Part shown: piece by piece, positions 50,080 to 62,130 of the stretch
Layout: each line of letters starts with the position of its first letter
Position numbering within the stretch: the first letter of the stretch is position 1
NCBI GenBank assembly: GCA_043228905.1
Contig: JBHGNT010000003.1
Coordinates: 17,174,001-17,238,000 of the forward strand
Direction of reading: 5' to 3'
Length of the DNA stretch: 64,000 nt
DNA from: Azolla caroliniana
Lineage: Eukaryota > Plantae > Polypodiophyta
Notes under the pieces: model-generated
Database searches by the model: none
What the model saw: the letters and a program-made list of their open reading frames with translations, nothing else
Told to the model about the DNA's origin: nothing
Made by a program: the position numbers and the translations under genes

Positions 50080-53000
50080 GGGAGTATGTTATGTACACAT
50101 AACGTTGGTGAGGGTAGGTCACTAATATTTACATTAGTGAAGGGTATGTTCACTATTATTAAAAAGGGGACTAATGATTGGATAGAATGAATGATATGTG
50201 CATGCACTATCATGATTTAGACAACCAATGAATAGAGAGCCTTTTAGAAAGGCACATCTATTCAAGGGGCCTAGGAAAAGGTATAAATATGAGGCTTAGC
50301 TACCCTCATAGAGATCATCACGTCGGAAGGCTGCTGTCGTAGACACCGGTGGTGCGGGCTAGGCTTTCGTCTCGACGATCGTGTTTATCTCTTCCAAGGT
50401 ATTAGTCATCCTAATATCCGGCGGTATGGGACGTCGGTGGTAGGTTGGCTATGTCTAGATCATAGCTCGGGGGTGGTCGGGTGGAACGGGTTCTTCTATC
50501 CAATCTATTTTCTTCCTTTTTACTTGATTTGGTCTATTGATTAGTAATAGACTCTTAACACCAACCCCATCTTCGACTTGTTTTCCGTGGCCTTTTTTTC
50601 ATCCTTCAATTGTTTGATCAGGCTTGTGGTTGCCACTTCTTGGCTTCTATAGTGCATGAGTTGGGTCTGATATGTTGTCTGAACTCTGTTCAGAGCCATT
50701 GTAGCACGTTCCGTTTCCGCATGGTGCTGCACTTGTAGGTCCAGTTGCTCTTTCACTGCTACCCCCAATTGTTTCGCTTGTTCGGTTCCCTTCGACTGCT
50801 CTTCCATCACTGCTGTCGTCAACCGGTTAACTTCCTCCCGGAGTTCTCTGCACTTTCCTTGCTGCAGGTTGCTTTTGGTAGTCAATTTCTTATGATTGGC
50901 ATCCAAATGCTTATAATCCCGGTGCAATTGGTCGAAGTCGTCAATTTTCTGTTTGAGCTTTTGATTTATAAGCTGGCGAGTGCGGTCCTCACGGTCTTTT
51001 TGTTGCGGGAGCTCTTCTTTGAGACACTCAATCTCTACTTCTGCCGTCCTCCGGAGTTTCTCTTTTTCTTGTAGGAGTTTGTCTTTCTCTTCTTTTAGCC
51101 GATCATACGCTTGATTCCCTCTTCTCAAGCTTTCCTCTGTTCGGCGGAGGCTGTCGACCATTCTCCTTTGTTCCTCCTCCGCCGCCTTTTTCAATTCTCG
51201 TTCCTTGGCACATAAGGCTTCTTGTGCTACCAGGTCTTCCCTTAGTGTGGTGAGCTCCTGTGCGGATTGTTATCCGTTCCTTTGGAAAACACCTTCGATG
51301 AGCCCACAGGCTATCGGTGTCAAGGGATCGTGTTACGTGGAAGCTTCTTCTACACGGGGAAAAGAGAGGAGAACAAGGATCGTACACGGGCTACAACCCG
51401 TTAGGTATGAACGTAGCCTGATTTACGAGTACGGGGAGAATACACAAATAGAAGTTTAGAAAAGACGAAACTTATATTCCATGATAAAGCTTACAATGAT
51501 TACAGTACTTGGCCTCAACCGAAAACAGTACGTATAGAGCTTGCTCCTATGATAGTACTTTTGCTCAGAATGATCTAGGTATCCCCCCTGTCAAGGTACA
51601 CAGACCTTAGTTTATATACTTTTTTCTTCGTACAGAGCCGAGCCGTCGGCTGACTGTGAGGCTCGAAACTCGGCATTCTCCTAAACTCTACCTTCCTCAC
51701 CTACTCCTACTTAACGACAAGTTTACATAATATATTTATTTTTCTGGCCTATGGACAACACCTGGCACGCCCGTGGGATAGGACTTTGTCCGTCGGACCC
51801 ACGGTTCACAATGTGGAGGAGTAACCATGGATTTGGCAAAACAACACAAATTACAGAAATTGCCCGTTCCTACGAGGGCTTATAGGTTGGTTTTATTCCT
51901 CTTCCAATATGCCGAGGATATCCTTGGGGGTGTGGGGTTGGTTTGGTTGCTCGGAAGGTAGGGTTGGTGATGGAGGTTGTGTTGCCGAGTTGGGGATGGT
52001 TGTGCCGATGTTTGCGGCCACCTCTGTTGGGACTAGTTCAGGCAGGGTCAGGTTTGTAGTCTGTGGCTCGGGTGGGATGTCGAGGTCTGTAGTGGCAGGT
52101 TCCTCCGGTCTTGTTGCCATGGGGAGTGTCTCGGTTCCTTGCTCGTTGGTTGTGGGATCTCTGTTAATCCCGGTAGCGAGACATTCCTCCTCGTATGCTT
52201 CGGCTTCTAAGCGAAACACCATAAGATCGTCGTTGAATTCTTCTAAAAGTTGCTCGATGGCCGCGGTGTGGGAAGTTGCTAAGGTATGATATTCCTCAGT
52301 TAAGTCCTCACGGAGGGTCTGGATGCTGGTGTCATCCATCTTGTAAAACCCTCGACCGTCCTTCCGTCGGTTCTCGGCATCCGCACGTAGTATGTGTAGG
52401 TCCGCGGCTTGGGCTGACCACACCTGCCAGACATGGTCAAGCGTTTCTTTGATCTTTGTGGTGAATTGTTAGCGATACTTCTTGATTAGGACCTTGATTT
52501 TAGTATCATCCATGCCGATGCTAGCACAGTGAACTTCCATTGCCTCCCTTGCGGCCATGGGTTTTGCTTGGCTTTTGCGGACGAGGAGTGCTAACGTAGC
52601 TTGATTATCTTTTGCTTTTTTAGTAATGAACGCGATTCTCTGCTCATAACGTTTGGTGAGCTAAGCTACCGTTTCGTCCATGTCCTGTCGCCAAATGTCC
52701 CGATGTTGTTCTTTGGCGGAGATGTGCTCGGTTTGCAACTGGTGATACGCATCGGAAATTTTTTCTCTTTGCTCTTCCGAGATCCTCCATTTTTGCATAT
52801 GTTCGTTGGCCATGTCTTGTAAGGCTCTTTGATGACGTCGTAATTCCTGGTTGTTTGCGAAGAGCTCTTGTTCCCGTTGGCTATTCCACTCGGCTTCTTT
52901 CATGAAACGTTCTTTGGCCTCAGTGAGAGAGACCTGGAGGGTCATCACCTCTCGTTCTCGTTCTTGTTGCCTTCTGGCCGGACTAGCCACAACACAGGTG

Positions 53001-53294
53001 TCCTTCCGAACACTTCTCCAAGGGGGTGGTAAGGTTAGGATGTTAGACCACACGCGTAAGATAAGGATTATATGCACAGACAGTAAGACAATACAGATGC
53101 AAAGATACAGAATAAGTGCTCTAGTATAATTCGTATTACTTCCGTAAAATCATTACATCCAATCGGATCGTTTTATAGGCATCCGACAATATTACAAAAT
53201 GGTGTCCTTTAGGCAACCGACTCCGAATCGGTCTGGATCCGGATCGGCACAACTGTACCGGATTCGTCCCTCCGAATAATAATTCTAATAATAA

Positions 53295-56200
53295 TTATAC
53301 TATATATATATATCCGGTTCGGCTTTCCCACTTGTCCTTCGGCCCTTGACCGACCAACACATGGAACACCCGTGGGAAAGTGCCTTGCACTTCGAACCCA
53401 CACACGGCCTCATTCTTCCTCCAAAATATCGAGCAGACTTTGTTCGAAGGTATCAAGTGGTGCCTCCCCAATTTCCTGTTCTGTGCCTGTCTCCCTTCCG
53501 ATTTCCGGTTGGATTGGTTGCTGCTCCGGTTCATCTGCCTTTGCCTGTTCTTGTTGTACCAGTGCCTCCTCTCCGCTCCTTCCGGTTTGTCTTGTTCTTC
53601 TTCTAGTCTAGGCTCTGATCTATTACCGGTCTCGACTGGTCGGTTGGCTGCTATCTCTTCTTCTGCCCCGGCGTTTACTTGCAACTGCTCGTCTTCTGTC
53701 CTGGCGTTTGCTTGCAACTGCTCCTCCGCCAACACAATTGTCTCTTGATTGATCTAGACCGGTGGCTCCTCCTCGGGTCCTTCTTGTCGGGGTTGTTCAG
53801 TGTTGGTTGGTTGTACCTCAGTCGGTCGCTCCTCATCACTTATTGTGAAGGGCGTTGTCTTACCCTCGGCTTCTTGTTGTTGATGGTCCTGCTCGTACTT
53901 CTCCAACTCCAACTGAGTTTCGAGCTGTCCGTCATCCAATCTTTCCACCAAATTCCGGATCTCCTTTAGATGTTCTTCTGCTAAAGCGAAGAAATCCTTC
54001 GACAGTTCTTCCCAAATGGTGACAATGCTTTCTTCATCCATCTTATAGAATTTGTCACCTGCCTTCATCCGGTTCTCTGCATCAGCCTGGAGTGTTTGCA
54101 GCTCTACTGCTTGCTGTGACCACTCCTTCCATACCTTCTTAGAACATTCATTGATGTTGTTCTAAGCTCGGTCCCTCCACGCCGACATGATGAGCCGGAT
54201 CCGGTCCACCCCCAGTTGAGCACGTGCATTAGCCTCTTGCTTTTCCTGTCTCAACCGTACGATAATCGCAACAGTGGCCTGGGCTTGACCTTCATACTCC
54301 ACTTCCTTCTTTTCATATGTATCCCTCAATTTGTTGAGTGCGTATATTGCCCGTTCCTTCTCTTCATTCCGGGTCTTGGTGAGCTCCAACTTCTCCTTTG
54401 CCGCTGCTTCCAACTGCTTTACTCGTTCCACCGCTTGAGTCTTCTCTGCCGACAACGCTTCCTTCTTTACATCTAATTCGTCCATTGTCTTGGCAAGATC
54501 CAACCGGGTCTCTTTCAACTGCTCCTTTAACTTCTCCATCTGCCGGTCGAACTCCACTCCCCGTTTTTTGTAATCCAACTTGGCTTGCTTGTGCTCCCGA
54601 TACAGCCTGTCAAAATCCTCAGTTTTCTGTTTCAGGCGTCGGTTTACTTGAGCACGCAACCGGTCGTCCCGATCCTTTTGTTGCCAGAGTTCTTCCTTCA
54701 GCAGTTCTATTTCCGTTTCGGCATGCCGGCGCAGTCTGTCCTTCTCCTACTGCAGCTTGTCTCTTTCTTCCTTCAGTCGGTCGTTCTTGGCCTGGATTTT
54801 CCGGAGGCTTTCTTCCATCCTCCACCTTTCTTCCTCCGCCAACTTCCGTTGTTCTCTTTCCTTCTCCCTCAACGTGTCCTGAGCCCTCAACTCTTCTCGT
54901 AAAGTTGCTATTCTTTTTGCAGACTCAGGGCTGGTTTGCAAGGCCTCTCCTTCCACCGGTTCCAGGGTGGCTTTCTTCCTTGTCATCCCGACCGGCTTGG
55001 TGACGACCTGTGCCTGTTGGCCCGATGTGGCCGTATTGGCCGCTCTTTCCTTTGGCTTCGTCAACTCCTCCTGCAACCCTTGGATTTGCGTCCGGAGCAA
55101 GACCAATTCTTCTGTCGTTGTCCGCGTAAGGTATTCCCTACGCCTCTCTTCCACATCCAGTTGGTCTGCTACCCCCGACACTTGTTTTGAGAGCCATCTC
55201 AACCACTGTTGCATCATGCTATTCTCTAGTCCATTCTCTCCTTCAGTCGGGGTGCTTTGCGCGCTCCCGCTCAGTGGTTCCGGCTGTTGCTCTTGTCTTC
55301 CCTTCGGCTTCCTTGCACTTGTTTCCGGTTCAGGGACTTGTTCACTTCCCAAGTCCGGGAAGATTTGTTAGCTGGCGAAGACCGGCAAAACCTATTCTTG
55401 GCCGTTGTCCGGCAACATCTGTTCGGGTGCTGCCTCTTTTTGTGCGGCCCTTGACTCTTCCTGTTCCCCTACCTCCTCGGTTATTGGAGTCGGTCCCTTC
55501 GCCCGTTGCTGAGTGCCGCGAACTATTGGAGCCGGTTCTTTCGCCCGTTGCTCAGTGCCGCGAACTGGTGGAGCCGGTTCTTTTGCTCGTTGCTCCCGAC
55601 CCCGCGTTGGTGCATGTCTTTCCAATGGCTCGGCCAAGTTCTCCTCAGCCTCGTCCTCCGTGGTGGTTCCCAGAGGGATCTTTTGTACAAAGTCTGCTGG
55701 TTCAGGTTCTGGCCTTCGCACTGCTATTTTGATCGGCTTGTGCACCACCGGATCTTCTTCGGCTGGCTCCTATGTGCGGGTGGTCTTCTTCGCCGATTTT
55801 TCTTTTCCTTTCCCTGCCGGTTTTTCTTTTCCCGCCTGTTCTGGTTGCCATCTGGATGGCCCTTCTTCCAGCTATTCGTCCTCCTCTTGGGTCCATCCCG
55901 GGGTATGCTTCTCCAGGAGCTGTCGGCGTTTCGCGGTCTTCTTTGGTGTCATCTCCTGGCGACCCCTTTTCTTTTGCTTGATGGGGAGAATAGGTGGGAC
56001 CAACACAGGTAGCCACTACGCTATCCCGACCCATGATTTCTTTCCTTCCACCAGGTTCCCAATCGCGTCCTTCAAGCCTTCAGTGATGAAATCGAGCCAG
56101 TCCACCCTCAGCCCTTCATATGGCGCCATCACGAACCCGGCCTGGTACTTTGGTATGGCTGGGGGACGAGGGTGTACAAAACTGTATTCCATCCTTGCGC

Positions 56201-56693
56201 GGGCCACTTCCCCGAACAACAGGTTTTGTCCCCCTTGCGTTCGGTACGCCTTACTACTCAGAGAGTACTCCCCGAAGTACTCGAACAAGATCTGGTTGGA
56301 GGGGCACTCTATTGATTGCAATCCTCCCGCCTGTAGCCCTGTGAGCGCCTGCACCGCGCCTTCTGTGATCTCAGACAGGTCGATGGTTGCGGCTGCCTGC
56401 TCCGGTTCAGCGTGCGGTGGTGCGTCGGCGATTCACAGAAACCCTTCCAACCCGTTTTCTGTCAGCCACTGTCTTGCTTCCTCTGAGAGTTCCATGGAAC
56501 CCGTGTCTTCCTCGTGGGTGTGCTGGTCGGTGTTGAAGCTGAGCTCTGTGCGTCTAGGTGCTCTCCCGTTTTCTCTTGCCTGCTTCAAAGAAAATTCACG
56601 AAATGTGATTCCTTCACACGCCTTTTCCTTTTGTAGGTTCATTCTCCTCGAGCCATCGTTTCTTGATTCCCACGCATGCATACCTCCCGCCAT
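53295..56693 (-). pseudogene. Large accessory ORF downstream of pol (~1100 codons: globular N-terminus, low-complexity linker, long coiled coil)
   Basis: ORF pieces 56433-56693, 56016-56354, 55392-55748, 54747-55352, 54162-54659, 53754-54068 and 53295-53735 are in one frame, separated only by stop codons. The true C-terminus is uncertain. Confidence 0.8.
53362..53402 (-). other. tRNA-3'-end-like hairpin / inverted PBS at the PPT position (also at 122-159, 42454-42494, 51763-51803)
   Basis: GTGGGTTCGA-AGTGC-AAG-GCACT-TTCCCAC-GGGTGTTCCA-TG-LTR. Confidence 0.75.
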
Positions 56694-57008
56694 AATTAGT
56701 ATGTGTCCTTCGCCTCGTTTTTAGTGGTTGGGCTTTAAATAGCAAGTTCCCCACCTTTTCACTTAATAAATGGCGGCACTTCATTAATCTTTTTAAATTA
56801 ATTGCTAGCGCTCCCACCTTTTCCATTCTCCCTCATAATTCCGTCCGTATTTCTTTTTCTATTTATCTTCTTTTCTATTTTATTTATTTATTTTTTTTCG
56901 AAATTTGTTACGTTAGTTGTTGGTTGTATCCGGGCGGCCCGGATTGGTTATCTCCGGTGCCAGACCTTCTTCCTGCCGGTTTTCCGGATCTTGTGAGTCC
57001 TCGTTCTT

Positions 57009-60000
57009 CTAAAACGGGTTGGCCGGCATGCGTCCTTTGTAGGGCTTCAACCGGAATCCGTTTGCCCAATTGCCGATGATCTCGCCTACTAGCGTGCCGA
57101 GCTGATACGACCCATTATATTCTTTCGTAATCCAGAACGGTCCGGTCCACCGAAACCGTAGCTTTCCCGGCATGTTGCCCATTCGGGTCTGGAAAAGTAG
57201 AACCGGTTTTCCGATTTCAAATTCCTTTTCATTGCCTCTCCGATGTCGGTCTACGAATGCCTTCCTTCTCCGTTGTTCGAGCTCAAGCTGTAACAAGCTT
57301 GCTATTCGGTTTTCCTCTAACTCGCACAATGTTGCTAGCCGAATTTTCTCGGACTCCTTCTCGCTCAGGCGTTCCTTCACCTGGATTCATCACTGCTTCC
57401 AATTCAAATGCCAATCAGAATGGGGTTGTCTGGATGCTGGTCTTGTACGTTGTCCGGTATGCCCAAAGTGCGCTCTGCAGCTTCGTGTCCCAATCTGTCT
57501 GATTCTCATTGACAATTTTCCGTAAATTATTTCTGAAATGGCTCCAGAGGCAAGACCAGGTGGTGAGGCATTCGGGCCTGCTCCGTTGGTTGACCCAGTC
57601 GCTGACATAGATCACATTCTTTACTATACTTGACGGCATCCTTGAGGGTGGTTGGCCACCATAACCCGCTTTGCCATATTTTTCGGGTTGTTGCTTCTCC
57701 GGCATAATGCCCTCCAGCTATACCGCAGTGAGCTTCCCTCAGGATCGTCTCCTTTTCGTCGCTCCGCACTGTTCGTTGCCAGATACCGTCCGCCCCCTTG
57801 TGGTAGACAGAAGTGCCTGCTTCGGACCACCACACGCTTCCGCTCGTCCCGCTCCATGTTCTCAGGAGGTAATCCGGTGCTCAAGAATTGGTGCATATCG
57901 GTTAGCCACTTCTCCTCCTCGGCAACCGTTGCATCAGTGACTGGTTCCGTCGTTATTCGGAACAATTTGGTATCGGGAAACTCGTCTTGTACGCCGCTGC
58001 CCGCTTCTCCGGATTCGAGTTTGCTCAGGTAGTCGGCCACCACGTGCTGCGCCCCGGGTCGGTGGAAGATATCAAATTCAAATTCTTGAAGCAACAACGT
58101 CCACTTTGCTATTTTACCGGTTAACGATGCCTTCGAGACCAGGTATAGTAGTGTCGAATGATCTACGTGGAAGGAGAACTTTCTTCTTAGTAAGTAGTGT
58201 CGGTATTTCGTGACGCTGTATACCATGCCTAAGGCTTCCCTTTCCGTTGTGGAATAATTTCGTTCCGCTTTCGAGAGCTTTCGGTTGGCGTAGTAAACCG
58301 GTCGGTACCACTTCGGCTCAATTAGCTGCATTAAGACACTTCCTATTGCGATGTTTGACGCATCTACGAAGATATGAAAACTCTTCGTCCAATCCGGAGG
58401 TTGCACCACCGGAGCTTCTGATAGCATTACCTTTAGCGCTTGGTATGCTTTTTCCTTGGTTTCTGCCCATTGAAAGGGCACCCGGTGTATTGCGGCATGA
58501 AGTGGTGTAGCAAAATCCGCAAGGTGCTGTATCATCCGGCTATGCCACCTAATTTGCCCCAAGAACCGACTTAGGGCTTTCGCGTTGTTTGGTGCTGGTG
58601 CCTCGAGGATTGCTCTTACCTTGTCCGAATCCACAACGATCCCTTTTTTGCTAACCACGTGTCCTAGTAGGTTGCCGCTTGCTACTCCAAAGACACACTT
58701 GGTTGGGTTCAAGCTCAGTCGGTATTCTCTGCACTTTTCTAGGCATAACCGAAGGTGGTCGAGGTGTTCCGTTTGCCGACTGTATACCGCAAAATCGTCG
58801 AGGAACACTTGCATAAACCCAGGGATGTACTCTCCAAATATCTCCATTATGATCCGCTGGAACGTTGCTGGGGCCATCTTTAACCCAAACATCATTACTA
58901 CTGCCACAAATACCCCCCATTCCGTAACGAAGGCCGTCTTTTCCTGGTCAACCGGGCGCATCCGAATCTGGTTGTAACCACTGAATCCATCTAGGAAGCT
59001 GTAAACCTTGTGTCCAGCGACCGCATCCAGTACCCCGTCCGTGAACGGTAATGGGAACGCGTTGGTTACCGTGGCTGCGTTCAATTTCCGGTAATCCACG
59101 CACACCCAGATCTTGCCGTTTTTCTTTGGAACGACCACTATCGGGCTTAACCAGGTTGCCTGCTTCACTGGTCGGATGAACTCGACCCTGAGCAACTTGT
59201 CAATTTCTTCTTTGACCTTTGCCGCATAATTTGGGTTCATGCGGTACCTTCGTTGTGCTATTGGTTTAGCATATGTATGAGGTGAATTTGGTGTTGATAC
59301 AGGTGGGGGTCGAGCCCTCGCATGTCTTCGTACGACCATGCAAATACGTCCCGAAAGTCTGTTAATAAAGTGACCATTGCCTTCTTCTCTTCGTCCGGCA
59401 ATTCCTTTGCCACTTTTACCGGCCTTGGTTTGTCCATCGTTCCGAGGTCCACCTCCTCCAACTGGGACGCTTTTACTCTCTGTGATATCGTCATTTCCCT
59501 CTCAAGTGACTCCTGTGCTTGGCGCAACTCTCGGATTGCTGCTTGATCCGGCTCGTCCGGTTCCGGAGTAGTGATATATGGTCCGACAGTTGCCGTGATG
59601 TCGACCTCAAAGACTGGTACGATCTTCGTGTGTTCCTCCATATAACGATCAATCTCCTCGTCTGGAAACCCTTCCAACATGTTGATACTCTCTGCATATA
59701 GTGGGGTCGTTTCTTTACTGGTGATTGCCCACGGTTGTGTAGCCACACGTACCTTCGTCTTCCCACGCCGGAATGTGATAATATTCTTTTGCCAATTTTG
59801 TTTAATATGTGTCGTTCATAGCCATGGCCGTCCCAGCAGTAGAGGGTACGCTCCTTGCACATTTAGTTGCAGCACCACGACCGATATGCGGAATACGTGG
59901 CCCCCGATTGTGACCTCCAGGTCCCGGATAAGCCCGGTTGGTCGGACCGAACTGGTATCTGCCATGCGTAACCAGAAGGGACACAGCTCCCATTCTCGGA

Positions 60001-62130
60001 TGCCCAGGTTGTCGGATGTTCGTCGACTGATGACGTTTACTCTTAATCCTCTTTCAATGATCATTTCGGCGATTTCCTTGCCCTTCACAATTACTGTGAT
60101 TGCCGGGCTGCTTGTGTTGACCACGGTCGGTCCTTCTTCCGGGTTGGAGAAAAACGTCAGTGCTGGCGCTGGCTTTGGTTTGATGACGGTTGCCTGTAGA
60201 TCCGCCGTGAATCGTGGTACCAACTGGAGCAGACATGCTAATGGTACCACGATCTAACAATCTTGTAGTACTTGCCACGTCGGGTTGTCCTCCGGTTGCA
60301 TGACTGCTTCCTCAAGCTGTGTATTCTAGTTTGTTATTTCCACCATGTTCTATTCGTTGGCCTTTTTAACCTATTCCGATGCCTGCTTTCGTATTGCCTC
60401 CTGGGCTTCCCATTCTGCAGCCTTCCCTTTCGACCAGGTTGTGACCTGTTGAACGTCGGTCACCTCGGCCATGACCATATTGACTGCCGGCTGCTTATCG
60501 TTTGTTTTGATCGGGCATTGGTTACTGTAATGCCCTTCCTTTCGGCAGTAGTAACAATATACTTTGTGGTTGTTACTTGATTCCCCTTTGCTTCCGGTTT
60601 GGGAGTTGGAGATTACCCGGCGATTGTCTTCTGTTTTTCGGTTCTCTGGTGCCGATACTGGGTTGTTATCTCTCACCGCCTACCGACGCTCCTCTCTGTG
60701 GAAAAATCCTCGCTTTTGATTTCGCCGGAAATTTCGGTTCCCTTGACGTCTATCGTCTCTACGTTGGTCATATTCCGGGGAGTCATCTCGTTCATACCGG
60801 TCCTTGCGATAGCCGTCCCTGCGTTTTTCGTCGCGATCATAGTCCTCACGTCGCCGATCAGTGTATCTTTCTTCTTCCGGGTCCTGATTGTTCCGTGGTT
60901 CTCTGTGTCGGACCGGTGCCGCCTGCCGATTGAGCAAGTTGTACTCGCATCAGTCCGTCATATGTGCCCGAGAGTGGCATATCATGCACTGTGTGCGCAT
61001 AGTGCAGTCGACCATTGAGTGGCCCGAATTGAGACACGTCGTGCACTGTAGGGCTTGCCGGAACCTCAAATCTTCTTCCTTCGGGAGAGCCCGGTGTAGC
61101 ATTCCTAGTGACATGAATGAACTGTTTTGGTCCATCTCTAGTACTCGGTCAATGACCTGGTCCACCGTGCTGGTACGGAAGTCAAGGACTCCACACATTG
61201 TTCTAATTGGTTCCCTTAATGCAGCCAAAAATACTGCTTTCGCTTCGTCTTCGGGAGGTGCTGTTGTCAACTGGCTGTGCAAAGTCTGGAACCGGATGAT
61301 AAATTGTGGTACTGTTTCCTGCTCCTCCTGTCGCGTGGTATAGACTTGCCCAACTAGTTCCCTCTGTTCTACTTGTCTATGGAACAACCGAAGGAATTTT
61401 GCCTTCAAGGCCTCGAATGTGGCAAAGCTGCCGGGTAAATGTTTTGCATGCCAACGAGCGGCCGATCCTTCCAGCGTCATGCCAAATTCGGCGACTTTGG
61501 ATCGCTCGGCCTCGGGCTCCGTCAATCTCTGAGAGACATGGTTTGCTTCCCATGTGTGGACAAATGCGTACACATGAGCCTCCGCGTCGGGATCATCCCG
61601 GTATTTTGGGTAAGGATACGGCATGGTGTCGTCCGGTTGTTCCGACTGGGTATCCCTCTCTCTCCGCTCTTCCTTTGGCGTGCGATTCCTTGCTTCCTCC
61701 ATGGGTGGTGTCGGTATACAATCCTTCACTTCCTCCACGGGTGGTGTTAGTATACGATCAGTCTCTCTCGGCGATTGTCGGTCCCCGAACTCCAAGGTTA
61801 TTTCTTCCGTTGGTTCCGGCGTCGATGAGTCGTCTGAACCGTCTTCCTCCGGATCGTTCAGGCTGTCGTGACTGCTTTTATACCGTGACACAATGCTTTC
61901 TTCGCTATCTGAATCCGACTCTAGGGTTGCGAATGCTCCTGCGTCTCCGTCGCCACCGACAAGCGCTTGTAGTATTGCTTCTGCTTCCTGCAAACTAGTC
62001 AAGCTACTGCCTTCGTTGGAGAATTGCTGACTCCGGAACTGGAATGCTTCTTTTGCGTCTCCCTCGTTCGGTAATGTGGTTGTTGTTCGGTCTAGACATC
62101 CATCCCCTGGTGTTCTCTGCACTCTGCAGG
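57009..62130 (-). pseudogene. OTA-like gag-pol with deleted integrase core
   Basis: Gag with CCHC knuckles, decayed protease, RT (WLSPIVVVPKK, LDGFSGYNQI, FLDD), RNase H (VDAS, NYSTTEREAL), integrase zinc finger joined directly to the post-catalytic region at ~57530, WTGPF. Frameshifts near 59280 and 57800. Confidence 0.92.

Larger units (their letters stand above)
43446..50560 (+). mobile_element. Full-length chromovirus (Ty3/gypsy with chromodomain), TSD CCAAC
   Basis: 474-bp LTRs 43446-43919 and 50087-50560 (three differences seen). PBS TGGTATCAGAGC at 43921. PPT AAGTAGGGGAG before 50087. Confidence 0.97.
41990..51330 (-). mobile_element. 3' part of OTA-like gypsy element 1 (3' LTR 41990-42451 and coiled-coil accessory ORF), interrupted by the chromovirus and element 2
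   Basis: TG...CA LTR with CCTATAAAA and AATAAA on the minus strand. ORF pieces 43187-43444 and 50561-51194 are homologous to 53754-55352. Confidence 0.8.

Noticed and set aside
55513-56724. 403-aa plus-strand ORF
   Set aside because: It is the antisense shadow of the accessory ORF and has no recognisable domain.
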